DNA of 64,000 bases, taken from positions 32,001-96,000 of the forward strand of contig JAVZLH010000003.1 in assembly GCA_038883855.1 (NCBI GenBank), written 5' to 3'. A program made the translations under genes and the position numbers. Source of the DNA: Candidatus Bathyarchaeia archaeon (lineage in GTDB: Archaea; Thermoproteota; Bathyarchaeia; Bathyarchaeales; Bathycorpusculaceae). Shown here piece by piece: positions 30,807 through 42,673 of this stretch (positions are counted from its first letter, which is position 1; each line of letters begins with the position of its first letter). The notes beneath the pieces are model-generated. The model was given only the letters and a program-made list of their open reading frames with translations, was not told the origin of the DNA and made no database searches.

Positions 30807-31025
30807 TTATTTTGAGCTTTTCCATAAATCTGAAACGCGACCAGCCTTCACGAGTTTCCACTTGCCAAAAAAGTCCTTCTTATAAAAATGGTACAAGCCA
30901 CAATGGGTGCACTGCATAATCCGCCTACCCTTTTCGAAGTCAACCTCATACAGTACTAAAGGCGAACCGCAATCAATACATACACCAGTGTAAGTTCTGT
31001 CATGTTGAGCGCTCATTTTCAGCAA
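30807..31025 (-). CDS. Small zinc-ribbon protein
   Basis: CIDCG and CTHCG pairs in a 72-aa ORF. Confidence 0.7.
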   Translation of the reverse strand: MLKMSAQHDRTYTGVCIDCGSPLVLYEVDFEKGRRIMQCTHCGLYHFYKKDFFGKWKLVKAGRVSDLWKSSK

Positions 31026-31100
31026 ACCTCTATCCCAAGTGAGACATACTACTGTTTAAATTTTTAACATGTAAAATAAAAAGTGGTGCAACTGTTAAGT

Positions 31101-31712
31101 TTATGGCGGAGACGGTGCGGGCTGCGTCGCGGTTGGTTGAGCGGTCGTTGTTTTAATAGAGAAGAATCCGACGGCGATAAGTATCCATGAAATCCAAATA
31201 AGTATAAAACCCACGAAGATTATTGTTAGCACAGCGCCTATCAGCCAAAGCAAACCCGCAGTTCCAAAAATTTTTTCGCCAGATCTTGCTGAAAGGCTGT
31301 CTAATGATTTTCTAACGAACACCGCTGAAACAATGACAAATATGAAAAGTATAACAAAGGCTACGAGGATGTACCCGATAAAGGTCCAGAGGTTGTTCAT
31401 ATCCATGAAATAATTTTGAATTGCAAACGGGTTAGATATGTCCAGTCCGGAAATCGCCATCATAACCATTGCCACTAACACTGCAAAAAACGCCACCACG
31501 CCCACTATTAGTGCAATGAATCCATAGAGGGCATTGTTGAATATGCCGCTTTCTTGGTAGTGGTCTGCAAAGCCCTTCAAAGCAATCAAAACCAGTATGA
31601 TGCCGACGAGACACAATAAAAGTGTGGGACCTGCTGCGAAGAAACCAAGAAAACCGATGACCAGCAATATAGCGCCTACGCCGCCTAATGTCTTACTCGA
31701 TTCGATACTCAT
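31101..31712 (-). CDS. DUF996-like membrane protein
   Basis: KTLGGVGAIL, IFNNAL, FGTAGLLWLIGAVLTII, AVGFFSI; about five TM helices. Confidence 0.8.
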   Translation of the reverse strand: MSIESSKTLGGVGAILLVIGFLGFFAAGPTLLLCLVGIILVLIALKGFADHYQESGIFNNALYGFIALIVGVVAFFAVLVAMVMMAISGLDISNPFAIQNYFMDMNNLWTFIGYILVAFVILFIFVIVSAVFVRKSLDSLSARSGEKIFGTAGLLWLIGAVLTIIFVGFILIWISWILIAVGFFSIKTTTAQPTATQPAPSPP

Positions 31713-31813
31713 CTAATAAACCTCGATGATTGGTTTTGCATCTTTCTAGATAAAAAGCTTTTCCACGAAGCTTTAGCTCACTCTTTTAAAGCGAATCTTC
31801 TTAAAGTTCACAT

Positions 31814-32902
31814 TTATTTTGTTGCCTTTGCCCATATTCTGCATGTGCCTTCTATGCTTACCATGCAGGCTCCTCTCGGCTTTTGCGGAGTACACGCCTT
31901 CATAAAAAGCGGACATTCTGTTGGCTTAATTTTGCCAATCATAACCAAGTGGCATTGGCACCCTGGCAACAAGTCCTTACCAAACTTGATTTTGACATCG
32001 AACTTTTCTCGTGCATCGTAGTAGGCAAATTCTTTTTTAAGTTTCAGCGCGGAGTTTGGCAATATGCCCAAACCCCGCCAGCCTCCCTCGACGGTTTCAA
32101 AAGCCTCCTTCATTAGTTGTTGCGCTTTCAGATTTCCTTCCGGGCTGACTGCACGTGTGTATTCGTTTTCTAGACGTGCTTTTCCTTCTCTGAACTGTTT
32201 AAGAATCATATATATAGCGAATAATACGTCTAGGGGTTCGAATCCAGCTACGACTGTTGGCATCCGATACGCTTTCGGAAAAATTTCGTAAGGTTTTAAG
32301 CCAATAATTGTGCTTACGTGACCAGGCGCAATAAAACCGTCAATGTGCAAGTCACCTATCCCTAAAAGAAGCTCCATGGCTGGTGGGATAAGCCTATGCG
32401 AAACCAGAAAACTGAGGTTTAAGGGCGGTTTGTGTAAGACTTCAGCTGCCGTGGATGGAGCAGTGGTTTCGAAACCTATGGCGAAAAACACGAATTCCTT
32501 GTTTGGTTCTTGCCTAGCCATTTTAACCGCGTCACCAACGCCGTAAACAACTCGAACATCAGCCCCGTCAGCTTTAACATCCAGCAAAGAGCCTTCAGAG
32601 CCTGGAACTCGCAGTGCATCACCAAAACATGTGACTGTAATGCCTTTTTTGGCTAGGCGGATCGCCTCGTCGATTTCAGAGGCGGGAGTCACACAGACTG
32701 GGCATCCTGGTCCAGCAATTACTTCAACCGTGTCGGGTAGGAGGTTTCGAATCCCAAAATGTGTTATGGTCCATTCATGTGTGCCGCAGACATGGCATAT
32801 TTTCACGGTTTCTTTTTTCGGAGCGATTTCCCGAATTTTTTCTGTTACACGTTTCGCTGTTTCTGGATCTCTAAATCTTAACTTTTCAGTCATTTTCGTC
32901 AA
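31814..32902 (-). CDS. hypD: Hydrogenase maturation protein HypD
   Basis: CGTHE, GPGCPVC, GFETT, PGHVS, GACMVSIEGTC. Confidence 0.97.
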   Translation of the reverse strand: MTKMTEKLRFRDPETAKRVTEKIREIAPKKETVKICHVCGTHEWTITHFGIRNLLPDTVEVIAGPGCPVCVTPASEIDEAIRLAKKGITVTCFGDALRVPGSEGSLLDVKADGADVRVVYGVGDAVKMARQEPNKEFVFFAIGFETTAPSTAAEVLHKPPLNLSFLVSHRLIPPAMELLLGIGDLHIDGFIAPGHVSTIIGLKPYEIFPKAYRMPTVVAGFEPLDVLFAIYMILKQFREGKARLENEYTRAVSPEGNLKAQQLMKEAFETVEGGWRGLGILPNSALKLKKEFAYYDAREKFDVKIKFGKDLLPGCQCHLVMIGKIKPTECPLFMKACTPQKPRGACMVSIEGTCRIWAKATK

Positions 32903-33141
32903 CTATCTTTTTGTTCAATTTCAGCGGAGGCTTCAAGGATTTCGCTCCACAATTTCAACGTTTCATACGCTTCTTCTTCGCTTAAAACTTGGACGGCATA
33001 ACCCGCGTGGACAAGAACGTAGTCGCCTATTTTAGCGTCTACAAGCGTCACGTTTACCTCCCTTAAAACGCCTTCTCCGAAGTCCACTTGAGCCTTATCA
33101 TCTTTTATGCTTATGACCTTTGCTGGAATCGCCAAACACAT
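32899..33141 (-). CDS. hypC: Hydrogenase chaperone HypC
   Basis: MCLAIPA, GDYVLVHAGYA. Confidence 0.97.
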   Translation of the reverse strand: MCLAIPAKVISIKDDKAQVDFGEGVLREVNVTLVDAKIGDYVLVHAGYAVQVLSEEEAYETLKLWSEILEASAEIEQKDS

Positions 33142-33188
33142 TATCCATCAAAAGAATAGCAATTTTACGGCAATAAATCAGTTATGGT

Positions 33189-35468
33189 TTAAAATTGGAA
33201 AAACCCACCTACAATTGCTTGACCAAAGGATAATCCGCCGTCGCCTGGTGGAACAACTTTATGGACAATAAACTTTAAACCAGCTTCTTCCACGGTTTTC
33301 CGCATATAGGAAGCCAATATTTCGTTGCACGCAGCCCCGCCGGAAAAACCAACCGTCTTAACATTGTTTTCTAACGCCTTTTCTATGGCCAGAGTGGCTA
33401 AGCCCTTAGCCAGGTAAGCATGAGCGGAGTAAGCCAAATCAGCCACACGCTGTCTCTTTTTGTTCTCAAATATTTCTAGGAGCAAATGCGTAGTGTCTAA
33501 TTTGTCGCTTTTTATTATTGGGTTTAACTTCAAAACGTCTCTGCCTTTTGAAGCGGCTGATTCAAGTTTCATGGCTGGCTCGCCCTCATAGGTGCGTTCA
33601 TAGCATATGCCTAACACAGCGGAAACAGCATCCAAAACCCTCCCACAACTGGTTGTTTCGATTATGTTGCTCCCTTTTTCAAGTTGGTGGAGAATTACTT
33701 GGATTTCGCTTTCGCCGTGGGGAAAATGCTGTTTATTCTGCAACAGCCAGTCTCTCACATCTGCTTTTTTGTAGAGTATTCCAGCCGCTATTCTTAGGGG
33801 ATAACGTGTAGCCAAGTCTCCGCCTATTAAGGGTTGTTTTTCAAGGTGAGCTAAACGCTTAAAACTTGAGGATTCACTTGTACAGAGGAGGATTTCTCCA
33901 CCCCATGCTCCGCCGTCGGCGCCGTATCCGTAACCGTCGCAGCAAACGCCCACAACCTCCTCCACATTATGCTCAACCATCAAGGCGGCTATGTGGGCGT
34001 AATGATGCTGCACTTGGATTAGTTGCCAACCGTTTTCTTTCGCCAAATTTTGAGCAAGCTTGGTTGTTGTAAATTTGGGATGTAAATCGCAAGCAACCAT
34101 TTCCACTTTGCTGTTTGTTAAACGTATGAGGTGTTTTGTTGCGTTTTCTAGGAATTCTCTTGTTTCGACGTTTTCCACATCGCCTATATGTTGGGATATG
34201 AAAGCTTTGTTTCCAAGCAAAACACAGGCAGTGTTGTTCAGCTCTCCGCCCAAACCAACAACACAACGCATGGCTTTTTTCTTAAGCATTATAGGCGCGG
34301 GCGCATAACCTCTGGAACGCCTAATAAAAACCGTGTCTTCGCTGTGCATCCGTACAACAGAGTCGTCGCATCTGTGGGCTATTTTTCGGTTGTGGAAGAG
34401 GAAGTAGTCAACGGTTTCTCCAAGCGTTTTTAACGCTTCTTCGTTTTCTTTTATTATGGGCTGGTTCGGCGGGTTGGCGCTTGTCATTACGAAGGAGGGG
34501 TCTTCCACTTTGTCAAAAAGCATGTAATGCAAGCCCGTGTAAGGCAACATAACTCCTACATTATGCAGTTCAGGAGCAACCAAGTCTGAAAGATAATAGT
34601 CTTCACTTTTGTTTAGCAGAACTATTGGGCGCGTATAGGAAACTAGCAACTCTTCCTCTTGTCTGCTCATTCGAGCGAACGTTTTTATCGCTTCCAAGCT
34701 TCGAGCCATAATGGCGAAGGGCTTTTGTTTTCTATGCTTTACCCGTCTAAGCCTTGCAAGAGGTTCGTCCTTTAGGGTTGAGGCGGCAACATGGAAGCCG
34801 CCATAACCCTTAACAGCCACTATAAATCCTTCTGAAAGAAGCTTGCCAGCCTCCCGAACTGGGTCAACAGCCTCAATTAACTCGCCCTTTCTCGTTGTCA
34901 AGTAAACTTTTGGACCGCATTTTGGGCAAGCAACGGTTTGCGCATGGAAACGTCTGTTTAAGGGGTCTGTGTATTCCTTTTTGCATAAGTTGCACATTGG
35001 AAACTCTCGCATGGTCGTGTTTTCACGGTCATACGGCAATTTCTCGATGATTGTGAACCTTGGACCGCAGTCAGTGCATGTGATGAAGAAGTACTCGTAT
35101 CTCGGTTTTTTTGGGTTTCTGAGTTCTTTTAGGCATTCGTTGCATATGGCTATGTCTGGAGGGATAACAGAGCCCGAAAGTTCTGCTTCCTCTGAACTTT
35201 TATAAATGGTGAACTTTTCATATTTCTCTTCGCCAATAACTTCTGTTGTGATGATGTCATAAATTTGGGCAAGAGGCGGCTTTTTCTCATTCAAATCACG
35301 CATAAAACTTTTAATGTCATCTTCTTCGCCTTCAACGAGAATTTCAACTCCCGCATCACCCCTGTTCCTCACATAACCTCTAAGCCCGTTTTTTACGGCT
35401 ATGCGATAAATGAATGGGCGGAATCCCACTCCTTGAACTATGCCAGCGACTTTAATCTTTAATTGCAA
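33189..35468 (-). CDS. hypF: Carbamoyltransferase HypF
   Basis: GIVQGVGFRPF acylphosphatase domain, two zinc fingers, RRFHAQ, DLHP, QHHYAH, PGDGGLSFGQ. Confidence 0.97.
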   Translation of the reverse strand: MQLKIKVAGIVQGVGFRPFIYRIAVKNGLRGYVRNRGDAGVEILVEGEEDDIKSFMRDLNEKKPPLAQIYDIITTEVIGEEKYEKFTIYKSSEEAELSGSVIPPDIAICNECLKELRNPKKPRYEYFFITCTDCGPRFTIIEKLPYDRENTTMREFPMCNLCKKEYTDPLNRRFHAQTVACPKCGPKVYLTTRKGELIEAVDPVREAGKLLSEGFIVAVKGYGGFHVAASTLKDEPLARLRRVKHRKQKPFAIMARSLEAIKTFARMSRQEEELLVSYTRPIVLLNKSEDYYLSDLVAPELHNVGVMLPYTGLHYMLFDKVEDPSFVMTSANPPNQPIIKENEEALKTLGETVDYFLFHNRKIAHRCDDSVVRMHSEDTVFIRRSRGYAPAPIMLKKKAMRCVVGLGGELNNTACVLLGNKAFISQHIGDVENVETREFLENATKHLIRLTNSKVEMVACDLHPKFTTTKLAQNLAKENGWQLIQVQHHYAHIAALMVEHNVEEVVGVCCDGYGYGADGGAWGGEILLCTSESSSFKRLAHLEKQPLIGGDLATRYPLRIAAGILYKKADVRDWLLQNKQHFPHGESEIQVILHQLEKGSNIIETTSCGRVLDAVSAVLGICYERTYEGEPAMKLESAASKGRDVLKLNPIIKSDKLDTTHLLLEIFENKKRQRVADLAYSAHAYLAKGLATLAIEKALENNVKTVGFSGGAACNEILASYMRKTVEEAGLKFIVHKVVPPGDGGLSFGQAIVGGFFQF

Positions 35469-35578
35469 ACGTTTTCATCTCTTGATGTTTAGAAAAAGAA
35501 CTTTTAACTTATACATTTCGAGAAAATGAAAACATCTTACCATTAATTTTTGGAAATAAAAAGAGAAAGAAAGAGGGG

Positions 35579-36568
35579 CTAGGCTTTTTGTCCACGAACT
35601 TCGATGATTTTGTTTTTAAGCACTGGCACAATCTTAAACATGTCTTCAACTACGCCGTAATCTGAAAAGCTGAATATTGGCGCTTTCGGGTCTTTGTTTA
35701 TTGCTATGATTAGGTCTGAGTTTTTCATACCCATGACATGCTGGAAAGCGCCGCTTATGCCGAGAGCTATGTAAAGCTTAGGTTTAACAGTTTTACCTGA
35801 TGAACCTACTTGACGGTCTGCTGGAAGCCAACCCTTATCCACTATTGGACGCGAACATGCGAGCACCGCACCCAACATTTTCGCCAGTTCCTCAACCATA
35901 GGCATGTTAGATTGATCCTTTATTCCGCGGCCTATGCCTACAAGCCTCTCTGCGGCTGTTATGTCCACTCCGCCAGGCGGTGGGAGAACATACTGTATGA
36001 AACGTTTTGTTGTTATTTCTTCTGTTAGCGGAGATGGAACTTCAATTATTTGTCCGTTTGCTGGCGATGCTGGCTTTTGAGCTGTGAAGACTGCTTGGCG
36101 TACGGTCACCATGTAGCTTTCGGATTTGCGAAGCTTTGCTTTTACATTTACTTTTCCACCGTACATTTGTCTTGTCACAATAAAACTATCGTCTTCGAAG
36201 GCTAGGTCTATACAGTCCGTTGCGAGGGGAATATTCAGTAATGCCGCAAGTCTCGGAGCCAGCTCTAGACCGTAAGAGGTGTGTCCGATCATTGTTAAGC
36301 GCGGCTTATGCTCCTTAATTAGTGGGGCAAGCACTTTTTGGTAGGCGTCAGAGTTGAAGTTCTCAAGCTTTGCATCTTCAACCAGTAAGACTTTTTTGGC
36401 GTATTCCGACAAGGTCTTGGCGTGTTCTTTAACGTCTTTGCCAAGCAAAACAGCAGTTAGCTCTGCGCCAGTTTTTTCCGCTATTTCTCTTGCTTTGGTT
36501 AACATTTCAAAGGTTGTGTCCCGCATTTGCCCCTGTCTATGTTCGGCTAAAACAAACAGTTCTGCCAT
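35579..36568 (-). CDS. etfA: Electron transfer flavoprotein alpha subunit
   Basis: GIGRG, CSRP, QVGSSGKTVKP, GISGAFQH, AINKDPKAPIF. Confidence 0.96.
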   Translation of the reverse strand: MAELFVLAEHRQGQMRDTTFEMLTKAREIAEKTGAELTAVLLGKDVKEHAKTLSEYAKKVLLVEDAKLENFNSDAYQKVLAPLIKEHKPRLTMIGHTSYGLELAPRLAALLNIPLATDCIDLAFEDDSFIVTRQMYGGKVNVKAKLRKSESYMVTVRQAVFTAQKPASPANGQIIEVPSPLTEEITTKRFIQYVLPPPGGVDITAAERLVGIGRGIKDQSNMPMVEELAKMLGAVLACSRPIVDKGWLPADRQVGSSGKTVKPKLYIALGISGAFQHVMGMKNSDLIIAINKDPKAPIFSFSDYGVVEDMFKIVPVLKNKIIEVRGQKA

Positions 36569-36569
36569 T

Positions 36570-37358
36570 TTAAATCAGCCCCCTAGTTTTTAGAATTTCA
36601 ACAATTTTGGCTGCGATTTCGTCTGGGCTTCCTTTGATAAACTCAGCTTGTTTTTCAACTGGTGGAACATACATTTCCTGTATGCTAAGCCATGAGCCAG
36701 CCACGCCAACATCATTCTCTGTTAAGCCAATGTCCGCTAAACCCATCGCTTTTATTTCTTTCTGCATGGCTTTTCTAATGCCCATAATCGAAACGTAGCG
36801 GGGCTCATTTATACCCGTCTGAACGGTGAACAATGCTGGAAGCTTAACCTCCAACTGTTCTTCGAGACCACCCTCAAGTTCGCGGTTAACTTTAGCTAAA
36901 CCTGTGCCTAACTCGATCTTTTTAACCATAGTCACGTGGGGTATGCCCAACAACTCCGCTAGGATTGGACCTACCATGGCACTGCCGTCGTCTCCTGCTT
37001 GTGCTCCAGTCAGTATTAGGTCGAAATGCAGAGTTTTAATTACACCCCAGAGAATTTTCGCGGTTGCAAAGGCGTCTGAACCCTCAAATTTCGGGTCTAT
37101 TAAGTGTATAGCTGTGTCTGCGCCGCGAGCAAGGCACTTTCTCAATGTGGAGTCTGCGTCTTTGGGACCCATTGTTATGGCTGTAACTGTTCCACCAAAT
37201 TTCTCTTTTATTCGCACAGCCTCTTCCAAAGCGTAGTCGTCCCACTCGTTGATGTCGAAGACAAGCCCGCTTTTGTCTATAGATTTGCCGCTGGCATCTA
37301 TTTTCAGTTCTGCTTCTGCTGTGTCTGGAACATGTTTAACACAAACAATTATGTCCAA
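36570..37358 (-). CDS. etfB: Electron transfer flavoprotein beta subunit
   Basis: VCVKHVPD, INEWDDYALEEA, GAD, INEPRY. Confidence 0.96.
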   Translation of the reverse strand: MDIIVCVKHVPDTAEAELKIDASGKSIDKSGLVFDINEWDDYALEEAVRIKEKFGGTVTAITMGPKDADSTLRKCLARGADTAIHLIDPKFEGSDAFATAKILWGVIKTLHFDLILTGAQAGDDGSAMVGPILAELLGIPHVTMVKKIELGTGLAKVNRELEGGLEEQLEVKLPALFTVQTGINEPRYVSIMGIRKAMQKEIKAMGLADIGLTENDVGVAGSWLSIQEMYVPPVEKQAEFIKGSPDEIAAKIVEILKTRGLI

Positions 37359-37733
37359 ACTACTTCACTCTCCAAGTGATTGAAAATCTGATTAACAATT
37401 CGTCAGCATATAGTTTTTGCTTTGCAAACGCGCTTTTAAATGTAAAAAGGTTAGGAGAATTCTTAATGCCTACAAGAATGGTGCATACAACACAGCCTAA
37501 AAAATGGAGAGCTGGGTTTTACGGTATCATTAACTACAATGGCGTTAGTTTTTTTGCTATCTATCTGGTCTGCTCTTAAGCCTAGCAGCTCTAGAGTTGC
37601 CACGCTCAAAACAATCGTTTCACGAACGCACAACTAACAATAACCACTAAACAAAAATACGCAAATAAATGGCAATAAAAATATTAACATTCAATACATT
37701 CCATTTTCTAGCGATATATAGAGTGTTGTTGGC

Positions 37734-39978
<2,245 letters not shown>

Positions 39979-40102
39979 TCCAAGCCCCTCATAGGTGGCT
40001 CAAGGTTTTAAAGCGAATTTAAACGAAGTAATAACTGAGCAAAAATATTATATAAAAGAGTTATGCCTTTTTTCGCAATTTTTCCTTAAGAAAATTGCGA
40101 AA

Positions 40103-41038
40103 TTATTCTTTGCGGTAGTATGGACGCCTGATGTAACCGTAGGCTTCTAAGGCGGCGGTTATGCCTTGCCCCACGGCTGTTCCAACCTGCTTAACAGGAT
40201 GATTTGTAACGTCTCCAGCAGCATAAACCCCTAGAATGTTCGTTCGCTGAAAAATATCCACCTTAATGTAACCTTTTTCATCAACCTCAACTCCAGCATC
40301 CTTAGCAAACTGACTATTTGGAACCTCTCCAACTTGAACGAAAACACCATCCATATTTAACTCTGCGGTTTCTCCAGTTTTGTTGTTGAAAACCACCACT
40401 TTTTCAACAACTTTTTCGCCCAGTATCTCCTTCACTTCAGTGTTCCACAAAATTTCCACGTTCGCCTTTTTCCTCAAATCTTTCACTAACGCCTCTTCAG
40501 CGCGGAACACGTCTCGGCGATGAGCAATTTTTACTTCGGATACTATCCCAGCCAAGTATAGAGCGGTTATTACTGCCGAGTTCCCCCCACCAACAACGAG
40601 AACTCGTTTACCCTTAAAAAAGGGGCCATCGCAAATTCCGCAGTAGCTTACTCCTCTCCCGCGAAATTCCTTCTCGCCCGGCACTCCAATTTCGCGATAA
40701 TGGGAACCGGACGCGATTATAAGAGCTTTCGCTTCATAAACTCCACGGTTTGTTTTCACAATTTTTCTCTCGCCCTTCAAATCCAAACTTGCCACTGCTT
40801 CAAATTCGTGGATGGTTGCACCAGAGCTTCTGCATTGAGCCGCCATCTTCTGAGCCAGCTCCACCCCAGTTATGCTTTGAAAACCCGGGTAGTTTTCAAT
40901 TATTGGCGCGTCGGCAACAGTGCCTCCTGCCAGCTTTTCATCTAAAACTAAAGTTTTTAGTCCACTTCTTGCACCGTAAATTCCAGAGGTTAAACCGGCA
41001 GCACCCGCGCCAATAATTATCAGCTCCCAATTTTCCAT
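40103..41038 (-). CDS. trxB: Thioredoxin reductase
   Basis: GAGAAG, IENYPG, GVSYCGICDG, GGGNSA, HRRDVFRA, AAGDV. Confidence 0.93.
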   Translation of the reverse strand: MENWELIIIGAGAAGLTSGIYGARSGLKTLVLDEKLAGGTVADAPIIENYPGFQSITGVELAQKMAAQCRSSGATIHEFEAVASLDLKGERKIVKTNRGVYEAKALIIASGSHYREIGVPGEKEFRGRGVSYCGICDGPFFKGKRVLVVGGGNSAVITALYLAGIVSEVKIAHRRDVFRAEEALVKDLRKKANVEILWNTEVKEILGEKVVEKVVVFNNKTGETAELNMDGVFVQVGEVPNSQFAKDAGVEVDEKGYIKVDIFQRTNILGVYAAGDVTNHPVKQVGTAVGQGITAALEAYGYIRRPYYRKE

Positions 41039-41275
41039 GTTAAGCCAACTCTATCAACTATATCAATAGTTAAAGGGTGATGTTAAAATTATATAAATTA
41101 CGGTTTATTTCTAGTGGATGAGTTATTTTGAAGCATGTGACATACGGTACTGCTTGCAGAAGGCAAATAACATCGATTAAGAAGTGCTGGTTTTCTTCCT
41201 CTCTTTTTTATTTACTTAATAGAGGAAACGTATATCTACGGTGAGGCTTCAATTTTTAGTTGCTTGATTTAGGGG

Positions 41276-42361
41276 ATGAGTTTGCCTCGAAAATTTACAT
41301 ATTCTCGTGCTGGCGTTGACAGAAAACTGAGGAGGGAGTCGAAGAGGGCGTTGACAGTTTTGGAGAAAACCTACGGGTTTAGCTGTTATGGTGATGTGGT
41401 TCGGCTTCCCTACGGGAACATTTTCCCTTTTAGAGAAAACTGTTACCTAGACCTTGTTATTGAGGGGGTTGGCACAAAGGTTCTTTTGGCACAGTTAGCG
41501 GACAAATATGACACCATCGGAATTGACGGGGTTGCTATGGCTGTTAATGATGTCATCCGTTCGGGCGCCCGACCATTAGCCGTTGCAGACAACATTCATG
41601 CCCAAGTTTCTGATCCCGTTTTGGTTCACGAGTGGATGAAGGGTATATTGAAAGGCGCTGAAGAAGCGAACTGTGTTGTGCCAAGCGGCGAAATAGGCGA
41701 CGTGGGAGATTTGATAAAAGGGTTGGCTGAGGGTAAGGGTTTTGACATGGTTTTTGCGGCGATAGGTGAAGTTGAAAGGGATAAGGTTATTTTTGGAAAG
41801 GATTTAAGGGCTGGCGATGTTGTTATAGGCTTGCGGAGTTCTGGAATCCACAGCAACGGGATTTCTCTTGCACGGAAAATTTTATTCAAGCATTGGGGTG
41901 GAAAATACGAGCCTTTCGACATTCCAGGAGGCTTTTACAGAGAGATAGTTTATGAGGTTTTGGAGCCAACTAGGATTTACGTTAAGCCGCTGTTAAAAGT
42001 AGCTGATGAGGTTAAGGTGAAAGCCGCAGTGCACATTACTGGCGATGCATACTTAAAGTTTGACCGTTTAATGGCGTTTTCGAAAGGTGTGGGTTTTGAG
42101 TTTGACAATTTTAAGCCTCAGCCAATCTTTGAGTTAATCCAGAAAACTGCCTCGGAGCTTGGCGGAGTTTTAACCGATGAGGAGATGTTTAAGACTTTTA
42201 ACATGGGTTGGGGTTTCGCAGTAGTTGTGGATAAAGAAAGCACGGATAGGGCTATGGATGTTTTGGATGGGGCTGGAGTGCACGCAGAGCAGATAGGGCT
42301 TGTGAATGATTCTGGGAAAATAACAATTCGTTATAAGGGCAGACGATTCATTTTGAGTTAG
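41276..42361 (+). CDS. purM: AIR synthetase (phosphoribosylformylglycinamidine cyclo-ligase)
   Basis: YSRAGVD, EGVGTK, AMAVND, SSGIHSNG, HITG, TFNMGWG. Confidence 0.93.
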   Translation: MSLPRKFTYSRAGVDRKLRRESKRALTVLEKTYGFSCYGDVVRLPYGNIFPFRENCYLDLVIEGVGTKVLLAQLADKYDTIGIDGVAMAVNDVIRSGARPLAVADNIHAQVSDPVLVHEWMKGILKGAEEANCVVPSGEIGDVGDLIKGLAEGKGFDMVFAAIGEVERDKVIFGKDLRAGDVVIGLRSSGIHSNGISLARKILFKHWGGKYEPFDIPGGFYREIVYEVLEPTRIYVKPLLKVADEVKVKAAVHITGDAYLKFDRLMAFSKGVGFEFDNFKPQPIFELIQKTASELGGVLTDEEMFKTFNMGWGFAVVVDKESTDRAMDVLDGAGVHAEQIGLVNDSGKITIRYKGRRFILS

Positions 42362-42421
42362 TGACTGTTTGCATCGTTAATGATGAAAGCGTTTAAATTT
42401 CCTAGAAATCAAACTTAGCCT

Positions 42422-42673
42422 ATGAAATACCGTTTAAGAATAGAAGTGAGTCTAAAATCTGGGCACATCGACCCAGAAGGCGAAACTACAGCGCGCTTGC
42501 TGAAAGAGCTTGGTTACCACGTTAACGGTGTTAATGTGGGTAAGGTTTACACTGTTGTTCTTGAAGCTGGTTCCCGTGAGGAGGCTGATGTTAAGGCTGA
42601 GGAGATGTGCAGGAGGCTTTTGGCGAATCCAACTAAGGATAATTACAGGTTTACGATTGAGGAAGTGAAATGA
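42422..42673 (+). CDS. purS: FGAM synthase subunit PurS
   Basis: DPEGET, VGKVY, LLANP. Confidence 0.93.
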   Translation: MKYRLRIEVSLKSGHIDPEGETTARLLKELGYHVNGVNVGKVYTVVLEAGSREEADVKAEEMCRRLLANPTKDNYRFTIEEVK